Positions 1-8,156 of a stretch of DNA of 41,448 nt are shown here, one piece after another. The position numbers and the translations under genes are program-made. Under the pieces are notes generated by a model. The model searched no databases. It was not told where the DNA came from and saw only the letters and a list, made by a program, of their open reading frames with translations. Position 1 is the first letter of the stretch, and each line of letters starts with the position of its first letter. The stretch is from Clostridia bacterium (lineage in GTDB: Bacteria; Bacillota; Clostridia; Oscillospirales; CAG-272), in assembly GCA_017504545.1 (NCBI GenBank), contig JAFVRA010000074.1, positions 1 to 41,448 of the forward strand. Direction: 5' to 3'.

Positions 1-39
1 GGGGCGATAGCTTTCGCTAATTATTGAATTTCAGACAAA

Positions 40-1680
40 TTAGTCTTCCTTCTTCTTGAGCACAACTGCGCCAAGAACTACTGCAACTACTACTGCAGAA
101 GCGCCGATGATACCGCCGCATCCACCTTCGTTAGCAGGCTCGGTGGGAGCTGCCGTGGGAGCCTCAGTGGGCTTCTCAGTGGGCTTCTCAGTGGGAGCTG
201 CTGTGGGCTCCTCAGTGGGCTCCTCGGTGGGCTCCTCAGTGGGCTGCTCTTCAACGGGCTTCTCAGGAAGCTCGCCATTGTTGATAACCTTGATAGCCTT
301 CTCAAGAGTGCTTGTTGCACTGTCAAGCTCGCTCTGGAGAGTTGCGTTTGCAAGAACTTCCTGCGCTGCAGCTACTCTCTCTGCGTACTTAGCCCAGTCA
401 TAAGCATTAAAGTCTGCTTCTACGAGAAGAGCTGCGAGCTCGAGCATTTCCTCAAGAGCTGCCTTGTTGAGCTCAACTGTAACGAGAGCATTCTTAGCTG
501 CTACGAGAGCGTCGTAAACAGTCTTGATAGTAGTAACATCGGTTGCGTCAGCATTGTTCTTAGCCTCGTCAAGAGCTGCTGCAAATGCAGTCCATGTATC
601 TGCAGTGTAGTCATCCTTAAGGAGCTTTCTGGATTCCTGAACGAGAGCGTTAAGAGCAGTGGTATCAGCCTTAACAGCCTTAGCAGCGCTCATAAGAGCG
701 GTGAGCTTTCTGTCAGCAACACCCTGTGTGAGTGTTTCATCAGCTACTGCTTCCTTTGCAGCTGCAAGAGCAGTCTGGAGAGCAGCGTAAGAGGTAGCTT
801 CGTAGAGATCAGTCTCAGTAAAGGTAGCCTCTACGTAGATGATGTACTCGTTAAGAGCGGTCTTATCAGCGGGCTTAGCAGCCTCCTGTGTGGGAGTCTT
901 GCAATCGTAAAGAACTGCGTTGTTGATAGTGATGGTTCTCTCACCGCCTACTCCGCCACCTCTGTTGTGTGCACCGAATGCTACGAAAGAGCCTTCGGGA
1001 AGGGTGATGAAGGAGTTGGAACCGCTGTCGTTGGTAAGGTATGCCCAGTCGCCGTCCTTTGCAACGTACTGTACATAAACGTCAAGTCCGTCGTAAATGA
1101 TTCTCCAAGAACCGTAGCCTTCGCCATCAGCGAGGGTAGGAACGGGGAAATGGTCGCCGAAGGTAGAGTTGAAGTTACCACTCCAGCTACCCTTGTAAAG
1201 AACGATGTGGGATGCACGTGTACCGTCTTCGTTGTCATGGTCACCATCGCTTGCAAACGCGCCGCCTGCAAAGTAGTGGTCATTACCGTTAATAGCGAAT
1301 ACAACACCTGCGTAACCGGTATCTCTGTTGAGCTTTGCTCTGAACTAGTATACGTAGTAGGTGTCAGCGGTGATAGCGTACTCAGTCTGAGCAGCATAAC
1401 CAAGGTTGTCAGACTTTTCGGTGCTGGTAGTCGAATTAGCTCTTGTAGAGAAAGTGGTACCGTCGATGGTAACGGTGTACTCTTCATTGAACTTCTTGTT
1501 GCTCTCTGCACCGTCGTAGAGAGACTTGAAGGTCAATTCTTCCCACTTAACGGGAATAGCAAGCGAATCCTCAACTGCATAAACGGGCGATTCTGCCTCT
1601 TCTGCAGCAGCAGGAACTATCGCGAGCACACTTGCAAGCATCATTGCAAGAAGCACGAGAATAGAAACTGTCTTTTTCAT
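40..1680 (-). pseudogene. Secreted surface-protein paralog A (signal peptide, beta-rich module, FIVAR-like helical repeats, PTE linker, Cys-Gly/TM C-terminal anchor) interrupted by one in-frame TAG at 1345-1347
   Basis: One minus-strand frame runs from ATG 1680 (GGAGG 6 nt upstream) to TAA at 40-42. I checked triplets 694-1344 and the only stop is TAG at 1345-1347. The N-terminus MKKTVSILVLLAMMLASVLAIVPAAAEE is a signal peptide like those of the two neighbours. The last ~210 aa (DYT.D.W..F..AL..AK repeats, PTEEPTEKPTE linker, GGCGG-hydrophobic-KKKED) match them. Confidence 0.7.
137..246 (-). repeat. 12-nt periodic coding tandem repeat (P-T-E-x linker) in paralog A
   Basis: Iterated units ggctcggtggg / cagtgggcttct / cagtgggctcct encode PTEEPTEEPTEEPTAAPTEKPTEKPTEAPTAAPTEP. 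Confidence 0.7.
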
Positions 1681-1795
1681 AATTTCCTCCATATTTTCTG
1701 TTTGTTTTTTACATTTTCCACGGAAAATGCATTACAGTACATATATTCTATCACATTACATAAAAAAAAGCAATACCTTTTTTAAAATTTACAAA

Positions 1796-1828
1796 CTAAA
1801 AACTGCCCCGCCTTATTCAAGGCGGGGC
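1796..1828 (-). terminator. Rho-independent terminator of paralog B
   Basis: Minus strand reads GCCCCGCC-ttgaataa-GGCGGGGC followed by a T-run. It lies just downstream of the stop at 1863. The right half of the same hairpin is visible at 1-6 for paralog A. Confidence 0.7.
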
Positions 1829-1862
1829 GATAGCTTTCGCTAATTATTGAATTTCAGACAAA

Positions 1863-4187
1863 TCAGTCTTCCTTCTTCTTGAGCACAACTGCGCCAAGAA
1901 CTACTGCAACTACTACTGCAGAAGCGCCGATGATACCGCCGCATCCGCCTTCATCGTCAGTAGGCTCGGTGGGAGCTGCCGTGGGAGCCTCAGTGGGCTT
2001 CTCAGTGGGCTTCTCAGTGGGAGCTGCTGTGGGCTCCTCAGTGGGCTTCTCAGTGGGCTTCTCCTCTTCGGGAGGAGGAGGAAGCTCGCCACCGTTGATA
2101 GCCTTGATAGCTCTTGCAAGAGCCTTAGCTGCATCTGCGACCTGAGAAACGGTTACGTTATCAGCATCCATTACTGCCTGAGCCTCAGCTACCTTTGCAA
2201 CGTAATCTGCCCAATCGTCAGCCGCATAGTCCTCTTCCTTGAGAACAGCTGCGAGAACGAGAAGGTCTGCAAGCTCGGTCTTGTCAGCGGTAACTACTAC
2301 GAGAGCTGCCTTAGCTGCTACGAGTTCATCGTAGATAGCCTTAACGGTCTCAAAGTTTGTAGACTCGTTAGCCTTTGCCGCGGTGAGAGCTGTGTCAAAT
2401 GCTGCCCAAGAATCTTCGGTGTAGTCAGACTTAGCGAGCTTTCTGCAATCAGAGATGAGAGCATTGAGGTTGGTAAGATCAGCTACGAGGCTGTTGATAG
2501 CGTTTATAAGGGCGGTTGTACGGGATGCAACCTCAGTCTTCGGCTTTACGTCTGCGGAGTAGATCTCCTTAGCTCTGTCGAGAGCTCTTACGAGTCTGCC
2601 CCAAGAGGTCTCTGTGAAGTCCTCAGCGGCATAAGCCTCTGCCTGATCGATGTAGAACTTGAGTCCGTCAAGCTCTTCCTGAGTAGCTTCCTCTACTGCA
2701 GGGGGAATGTACTTGGTGAAATCACCCTTGATGATCTTAGCATCCTTAACGGTGCTGTTTACTGCGAGATAGTAGGAATATACGAAGAAGCCCATATTAC
2801 CTGCTGTGGTAAGCTGTGCCTGCTCTTCGATGAACATCCAAGCGCCGTTAGCGTCAAGAACGTAGCTGGAGATCTTGCCTTCAGGGCCGTTGAATACGAG
2901 AAGCATATCTACGAATCCATCAAGATCCTCTGCAAAAGCTGCAGTAAGAGTATCCCACTTAACGTAGTTGCTGTTGTACTTTGTATCACCGTGAGAGATA
3001 GCGGTACGACGCATAGAAACGTCATCGCCAAACGCGGTATTGTGGTTACCGTAGTTGTTGTAGAACTGAGGACGCTCTGCGGTAAGATCGGTTGCCCAAC
3101 CGCCTACGCCGATGGAGTTGTTCTTCGCATCGTCAGCGCTTGCGGGAGTGCCTTCAGCCTTTACCTTATATCTGAGAGTGTATACATCGGTGAGAGCAGC
3201 AGGAAGACCTGCAACCTCGCTACCCCACATATTAACTGTCTTGTCGGTTCCGTTTGCCTTACCCTTGATGGTAACAGACTTACCATCGTTGCTTACGATG
3301 TACTCCATGTTGCCCTTGCTTGCAGCAAGCTCAGCGGGTGCGAATACGTCGTCGCCCTTGAAGTTGAAGGTATAGAGCACGTCTCCGTCAACTGCGGTTG
3401 CGGGATCCTTAACGAGAGCTGCCTCGTAAAGCTCGAGCTCATAAACCGCGTACTTACCCTTGGATGCACCCTCAACGGTATCAACACCAACGAGGATGTA
3501 GTCAACTGTCATAACGGGGAAATCGCCGCCTGTAACGGCTGCCTTCTGGTCACCCTCGGTAATAACGTTGTACTGAAGGTCGTCGCCGGGTGCCATCTCG
3601 TAAAGGAGTACGGGATCAGCATAGCAATATGTGTTGGCCACATACTTCTTCTCTTCGGTGGAAGCCTTTACTGCCTCGATCTTTGCGGGATCTACAACAG
3701 CACCGTAGATGGTAACTCTTGAGATATCGTCCCTACTGTCAAGACCGCTGGATACCCAGATCTTAAATCCATCAACAGTTACGGATTCCTTGAAGCTATA
3801 GCCGAAGATGTGGTCGTGAGTTACGGAAGTACCGTCAGCAAGGTCCATAGTTGCGCAATCCTGGCCGTACTGGTGGCTCATACCGCCCGAGAACTTAACG
3901 CCGTCGGTTGCACTTGCGGAGCCGCTACCGGAGTTCTGACCACGTCTGAGGGAAGGACCCTTATCAGTTATCGGCCATGTTTCGCCGTTAGCTGCGATGT
4001 AGTAATGATAGTCAAAATAAAATACGTTACCCTTTCCGTCGAACTGATAGTTAGCTGCATCAGCATCAGAAAAGGCTACGTTCTTGCGCTCGGGAGCTGC
4101 AGCTTCTTCAGCCGCTGCGGGAATGATTGCAAGAACGGATGCAAGCATCATAGCGATGAGCACCAGAATAGAAATCGTTCTTTTCAT
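1863..4187 (-). CDS. Secreted surface-protein paralog B (signal peptide, two beta-sandwich-like modules, three FIVAR-like helical repeats, PTE linker, Cys-Gly/TM anchor)
   Basis: ORF 1863..4364 trimmed to ATG 4187, which is preceded by GGAGG. Signal peptide MKRTISILVLIAMMLASVLAIIPAAAEE. Repeated Y/DYTE.SW..F..AL..AK motifs. Ends PTEPTDDEGGCGGIIGASAVVVAVVLGAVVLKKKED. Confidence 0.85.
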   Translation of the reverse strand: MKRTISILVLIAMMLASVLAIIPAAAEEAAAPERKNVAFSDADAANYQFDGKGNVFYFDYHYYIAANGETWPITDKGPSLRRGQNSGSGSASATDGVKFSGGMSHQYGQDCATMDLADGTSVTHDHIFGYSFKESVTVDGFKIWVSSGLDSRDDISRVTIYGAVVDPAKIEAVKASTEEKKYVANTYCYADPVLLYEMAPGDDLQYNVITEGDQKAAVTGGDFPVMTVDYILVGVDTVEGASKGKYAVYELELYEAALVKDPATAVDGDVLYTFNFKGDDVFAPAELAASKGNMEYIVSNDGKSVTIKGKANGTDKTVNMWGSEVAGLPAALTDVYTLRYKVKAEGTPASADDAKNNSIGVGGWATDLTAERPQFYNNYGNHNTAFGDDVSMRRTAISHGDTKYNSNYVKWDTLTAAFAEDLDGFVDMLLVFNGPEGKISSYVLDANGAWMFIEEQAQLTTAGNMGFFVYSYYLAVNSTVKDAKIIKGDFTKYIPPAVEEATQEELDGLKFYIDQAEAYAAEDFTETSWGRLVRALDRAKEIYSADVKPKTEVASRTTALINAINSLVADLTNLNALISDCRKLAKSDYTEDSWAAFDTALTAAKANESTNFETVKAIYDELVAAKAALVVVTADKTELADLLVLAAVLKEEDYAADDWADYVAKVAEAQAVMDADNVTVSQVADAAKALARAIKAINGGELPPPPEEEKPTEKPTEEPTAAPTEKPTEKPTEAPTAAPTEPTDDEGGCGGIIGASAVVVAVVLGAVVLKKKED
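1963..2062 (-). repeat. 12-nt periodic coding tandem repeat (P-T-E-x linker) in paralog B
   Basis: Same cagtgggcttct / ggtgggagctgc units as in A. Encodes EEKPTEKPTEEPTAAPTEKPTEKPTEAPTAAPTEP. Confidence 0.7.
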
Positions 4188-4254
4188 TGTTTTTCCTCCA
4201 AAAAAGTGTGTAAGTTCGGACCGCAAGCGTTGCCTGCGATACCTCCTTGTGTTA

Positions 4255-4283
4255 ATTCTACCACAAAACAAATTCATTTTCAA
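4255..4283 (-). promoter_or_regulatory. SigmaA-type promoter of paralog B
   Basis: Minus strand reads TTGAAA-N17-TAGAAT with a TG-containing extension (tgtggTAGAAT), ~70 nt upstream of ATG 4187. Confidence 0.45.
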
Positions 4284-4349
4284 GACAAAATTACTCTTCG
4301 GATGTAGAAATTCAAGCCTTTCTTTTGTGTATTTTTCACAAAATATATC

Positions 4350-4383
4350 AAAAAATCGCCCCACCTTCGTTTCAAGGTGGGGC
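4350..4383 (-). terminator. Rho-independent terminator of paralog C
   Basis: Minus strand reads GCCCCACCTT-gaaacg-AAGGTGGGGC followed by a T-run, downstream of the stop at 4419. Confidence 0.7.
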
Positions 4384-4418
4384 TATAGCTTTCGCTAATT
4401 ATTCAAATTCAGACTAAA

Positions 4419-6725
4419 TCAGTCTTCCTTCTTCTTGAGCACGACAGCGCCAAGAACTACTGCAACTACTACTGCAGAAGCACCGATGATACCGCCGCAT
4501 CCGCCTTCGTTAGCAGGCTCGGTGGGAGCTGCCGTGGGAGCTTCGGTGGGCTTTTCTGTGGGCTTCTCTGTAGGAGCTGCTGTGGGCTCCTCAGTGGGCT
4601 CCTCGGTGGGATCCTCAACAGGCTTCTTAGGAAGCTCGCCGCCATTGATAGCCTTGATAGCTCTTGTGATATCCTTAACTGCACTTTCAACGTCGGAAGT
4701 CGTTACACCCTCAGCATCAAATACTGCCTTTGCTGCCGCAAGCTTCTCTGTGAAGGTTGCCCAGTCGTCAGCTGCGTAGTCAGCTTCCTCGAGAAGAGCT
4801 GCAAGCTCAAGAAGCTCGCCGAGCTCGCTCTTATCAGCAGGCGCTACTACGAGAGCTGCCTTAGCTGCTACGAGTGCATCATAGAGAGCCTTAACGTCCT
4901 CGTATGCCACAGACTCGTTGTTCTTTGCCGCATTGAGAGCTGCCTCAAAGGTTGCCCAGGAATCAGCGGTATAATCATCCTTGACAAGTCTTCTGCACTC
5001 GGTAACGAGAGTATTGAGTGCAGATGTATCAGCTTCAAGCTTACCAAGGTTATTTATAAGAGCAACCGTGCGTGACTCGACCTCGGTCTTCGGCTTAACG
5101 TCAGCCGTATAGATCTCCTTTGCACGAGTGAGAGCTCTTACGAGACGGCTCCAAGAGGTTGCGGTATAGTTTGCTTCATCGAGAGCCTCTGCCTGATCGA
5201 TATAAAGCTTAAGTGTCTCAAGCTCCTCAGCGGTAGCTTCCTCAATAGCCTCGGGAACATAGGTCGTATAGTCGCCCTTGTAAACTCTTACATTAGTAAT
5301 GGTGGTATTTACCGTGTTGTAGTAAGCGTAGGATGCGAAGCAGATGTTACCTGCCTTTTCAAGCTTTTCAACCTGCTGAATGATCTGCCATACGCCTGCC
5401 TGGTCGAGAACGTAAGCGGTGATCATCTTTGTAGGACCGTCGAATACTACGAGAACGTCCATAAAGCCATCAGCATCTACTGCATACGCATTGAGAGTAT
5501 CCTCCCACATTACGTAATCAGCAAGCTTAGAGCCGTTGCCACCCCAAGAAATTACGGAACGGCGCATATCGATCTTACCGTCAACGTCAGCCGTTGTGTG
5601 GTTACCGTAGTGGTTGTAGAATTCGGGCTTATCGAGTGTAAGATCAACACCCCAACCGCCGATACCTACCGAGTTGTTCTTTGCCTGACCGGAGGTATAT
5701 CCTTCGCTATTAGATCTCGCCTTATATCTGAAGGAGTAGGTTCTGTCAAGGCTTGCAGTAAGTCCTGCAACCTCGCCACCCCAAAGATTGATAGACTGGT
5801 CCTTTGCGCCTTCTTTAGCCTTAATGGTAACTGTCTTACCGTTATCGCTAACGATATATTCCATTTCGTCCGCACTTGCATTAAGCTTTGCAGGAGTAAA
5901 TGCCTCGTCGCCATTGAAATTAAAGGTGTAGAGGAGATCACCCAGAACTGCGCTGTCGTAATCCTTAACGAGAGGAGCCTCGTAAGCCTCGATCTCATAT
6001 ACTCTGTAATCGCCGCTGGTCAGCTCTGTGCCAAAATCAACGCCGATAAGGATGTAGTCGATAGTAATAGCTTCAAAATCAGCAGCTACAACCGCAGCAG
6101 TCTTATCGCCCTCGGTTTCAGTAGTATCCTGAAGATCCTCACCATCTGCCATCTCAAAAAGGAGAGTGGGAGCTGCGTAGCAGTAATTAAGAGCCTTGTA
6201 CTCACCTGCGGTTGCCGCTGCCTCAACCTTTGCGGGATCTACAACAGCGCCGTAAACGGTAACCTTGTTGATAGGTGTCTTCTCAGCGGTAGCGGCCCAG
6301 AGCTTGAAGCCGTCGATAGTTACGGATTCCTTGAAGCTGTAACCGAAAATATGGTTGTGAGTAACGCTTGTTCCGTCGTCAAGCTCAAGAGTAGCACCGT
6401 TAGAGCTGAAATCGTGGTCCATACCGCCGCTGAACTTAACGCCGTCGCTAACGCTTGCAGAGCCGCCGCCGTTGTTATTGCCGTGTCTCATGGATGGGCC
6501 CTTGTCTGTTATCGGCCATGTCTGACCTCTTGCGGCCGTGTAATAGTGATAGTCGAAATAAAATACGTTGCCTTCGCCTGCAAACTGTGTGTCTGCGGCA
6601 GTAGGACTACAATACATTACGTTCTTGCGAGCAGGAGCTGCTTCTTCAGCCGTTGCGGGAAGAATAGCAAGAACAGATGCAAGCATCATTGCGATGAGCA
6701 CCAAAATAGAAATTGTTCTTTTCAT
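4419..6725 (-). CDS. Secreted surface-protein paralog C (colinear with B)
   Basis: ORF 4419..6764 trimmed to ATG 6725 with GGAGG upstream. Signal peptide MKRTISILVLIAMMLASVLAILPATAEE. Colinear with B and roughly two-thirds identical by eye (NVFYFDYHYY, DGTSVTH.HIFGYSFKESVT.DGFK, TVYGAVVDPAK). Same C-terminal GGCGG-TM-KKKED. Confidence 0.85.
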   Translation of the reverse strand: MKRTISILVLIAMMLASVLAILPATAEEAAPARKNVMYCSPTAADTQFAGEGNVFYFDYHYYTAARGQTWPITDKGPSMRHGNNNGGGSASVSDGVKFSGGMDHDFSSNGATLELDDGTSVTHNHIFGYSFKESVTIDGFKLWAATAEKTPINKVTVYGAVVDPAKVEAAATAGEYKALNYCYAAPTLLFEMADGEDLQDTTETEGDKTAAVVAADFEAITIDYILIGVDFGTELTSGDYRVYEIEAYEAPLVKDYDSAVLGDLLYTFNFNGDEAFTPAKLNASADEMEYIVSDNGKTVTIKAKEGAKDQSINLWGGEVAGLTASLDRTYSFRYKARSNSEGYTSGQAKNNSVGIGGWGVDLTLDKPEFYNHYGNHTTADVDGKIDMRRSVISWGGNGSKLADYVMWEDTLNAYAVDADGFMDVLVVFDGPTKMITAYVLDQAGVWQIIQQVEKLEKAGNICFASYAYYNTVNTTITNVRVYKGDYTTYVPEAIEEATAEELETLKLYIDQAEALDEANYTATSWSRLVRALTRAKEIYTADVKPKTEVESRTVALINNLGKLEADTSALNTLVTECRRLVKDDYTADSWATFEAALNAAKNNESVAYEDVKALYDALVAAKAALVVAPADKSELGELLELAALLEEADYAADDWATFTEKLAAAKAVFDAEGVTTSDVESAVKDITRAIKAINGGELPKKPVEDPTEEPTEEPTAAPTEKPTEKPTEAPTAAPTEPANEGGCGGIIGASAVVVAVVLGAVVLKKKED
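4516..4614 (-). repeat. 12-nt periodic coding tandem repeat (P-T-E-x linker) in paralog C
   Basis: ggtgggagc / ggtgggctt / cagtgggctcc units encode PTEEPTEEPTAAPTEKPTEKPTEAPTAAPTEP. Confidence 0.7.
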
Positions 6726-6790
6726 TGTTTTCCTCCAAATAAAAATGTGTCTGCCAGATCGCATGCTATTCTGCGATAAGCTTATACATT

Positions 6791-6819
6791 ATTTTACCAT
6801 ATTCTCAGATCGTTTTCAA
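6791..6819 (-). promoter_or_regulatory. SigmaA-type promoter of paralog C
   Basis: Minus strand reads TTGAAA-N17-TAAAAT, ~65 nt upstream of ATG 6725. Confidence 0.45.
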
Positions 6820-6883
6820 CACCAAAATCACAATGTAACGTAGAAAATCAATCCTCGTTTTTGTGCATTATTAACAAAAAACA

Positions 6884-6924
6884 ACAAAAAAACGGCGCAA
6901 AAGCATATTTTCGCGCCGTTTTTT
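6884..6924. terminator. Bidirectional hairpin terminator downstream of the P-loop ATPase gene
   Basis: CGGCGC...GCGCCG stem flanked by an A-run and a T-run (aaaaaaacggcgc...gcgccgttttttt). Confidence 0.6.
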
Positions 6925-6929
6925 TCTCG

Positions 6930-8024
6930 TTACTTCTCCTCAATCATATCGAGCACTCGTGCCGCAAGGCTCTCGCAGTATCTGCTCTCTGCTTCGAAAT
7001 CCATGCACTCGCCGTATATCCTCTCAAGCTCAAAGTGCGCCTCTCCCGCCTCCGCGAGTCTCTCGCACGCATACTCCAAAAGCCCGTCGTACAAGCGCCT
7101 GTCTGCGCGGAATTCAGCCCTTGCGACACGCGCCTGTGCAGATGAGTGAGAAAAGCTGAAAAATCTCTTCATATTTATTTTGCTCTCTGCCTCACCTACG
7201 CCGACAACGAAGCAGGTACCGCTCTCCTCGAACAAAACAGCATCGGGTACGTCGGTGCTCACAGGGTCAAACGAGACTCGCACGCGGCAGCCCTTGCGCC
7301 TTGCCTCGTCTATGAGCGCAGATATGAAAAGTCCGCCTGCACAGTAGCAGTCACTCACAGATACCAGCCGCTTTGCCTCTTTCTCGTAAGTGTCAAGGCT
7401 GTATCTGCCCTTCATTCCAACAGAGGAACGAATGCCTACCTCCAAGGAATAGCCACTTCCGTCGGGTATCGACGCCACCGCTCTCGCCGCCGCTCTGCGA
7501 AGCTTATCGCTCTTGACGTATCGGCACATAAGCTCCCTGCTCCGTCTGTCGAGTGCCAAGGCGGCTTCAAGATACCTATAAGCACCGCGGTAGCACTCGC
7601 CCTTTCTCGCGCTCAACTCGGCTATCCTATCCTTTTGCGCAGAAAGTGCACGAGAGTCCCAGAAAAGACCCGTATCCACTATCTCGTCTGTCGCCCCCGC
7701 AAGCTCGGGCTCAAGTATATGCGGAGCGGTGGAATCCACCAGCGCTACCCGACCGTCTATGACTATGCCATCAAGCGATGTATAGTCGGACGAGCAATAA
7801 TAATACTCCACGCGATGTCCGTGTTCACTCGCGTACTCCGCTACCCGTCGCATAAGCGTGCTCTTGCCGCTTCCCGCGCCCCCCTTGATAAGATAGCGCC
7901 GCAAAAGCTTCTCTGGGGAGAATATTTCCCTGTAGAAGCTTTTGAAGCCTTCTCCGCTGTTTGCCGCAGCAAAAAACGCCCTCGTTCTCTCGTTTTTTAT
8001 CCTTACGTGCTCATTCTCATCCAT
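6930..8024 (-). CDS. Uncharacterised P-loop NTPase
   Basis: ORF 6930..8147 trimmed to ATG 8024 (GGAGGG 6 nt upstream). Walker A is LIKGGAGSGKSTLMRRV. No other motif I can name. Confidence 0.7.
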   Translation of the reverse strand: MDENEHVRIKNERTRAFFAAANSGEGFKSFYREIFSPEKLLRRYLIKGGAGSGKSTLMRRVAEYASEHGHRVEYYYCSSDYTSLDGIVIDGRVALVDSTAPHILEPELAGATDEIVDTGLFWDSRALSAQKDRIAELSARKGECYRGAYRYLEAALALDRRSRELMCRYVKSDKLRRAAARAVASIPDGSGYSLEVGIRSSVGMKGRYSLDTYEKEAKRLVSVSDCYCAGGLFISALIDEARRKGCRVRVSFDPVSTDVPDAVLFEESGTCFVVGVGEAESKINMKRFFSFSHSSAQARVARAEFRADRRLYDGLLEYACERLAEAGEAHFELERIYGECMDFEAESRYCESLAARVLDMIEEK

Positions 8025-8156
8025 AGTAACCCTCCTATCGCAAGGCGTACCAGCCTCTGCAATAAGAATATGCATCTGCCACCCGTGTGGTGAAAAAAGT
8101 GATGCGGCAAAGCGCAAAAAAGCACGTGGCAAAGCGCTATGCCGCATATATTCCGA

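Noticed and set aside
1345-1347. TAG as pyrrolysine or a reassigned sense codon
   Set aside because: The window holds no pyl genes, this is the only internal TAG I found in the genes I traced, and the aligned paralog residues are Ser/Thr. A nonsense mutation or a sequencing error is simpler.
967-1785. 272-aa plus-strand ORF, along with 981..1511 and other ORFs overlapping paralog A
   Set aside because: It lies antisense to, or out of frame with, a gene that has a signal peptide, an RBS and paralog support. The composition is Cys/Val-rich, as expected for a shadow frame, and there is no RBS.
4188-4364. N-terminal extensions of track ORFs (also 6726..6764, 8025..8147, 9851..9937, 13368..13427, 38365..38382, 38513..38605)
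   Set aside because: Internal ATGs with strong GGAGG-type RBSs give canonical signal peptides or family-typical N-termini. The upstream extensions are basic or Cys-rich junk that overlaps promoters or neighbouring genes.
40-6725. Sortase-dependent LPXTG anchoring, DGR-type hypervariation or invertible-promoter phase variation of the surface paralogs
   Set aside because: There is no LPXTG-like pentapeptide before the C-terminal helix. The window has no reverse transcriptase or template repeat. I found no inverted repeats bracketing the promoters.
5598-6779. 393-aa plus-strand ORF, with similar plus-strand ORFs at 2991..3722 and 3810..4307
   Set aside because: These are shadow ORFs antisense to paralogs B and C, kept open by the strong codon bias of the real genes.
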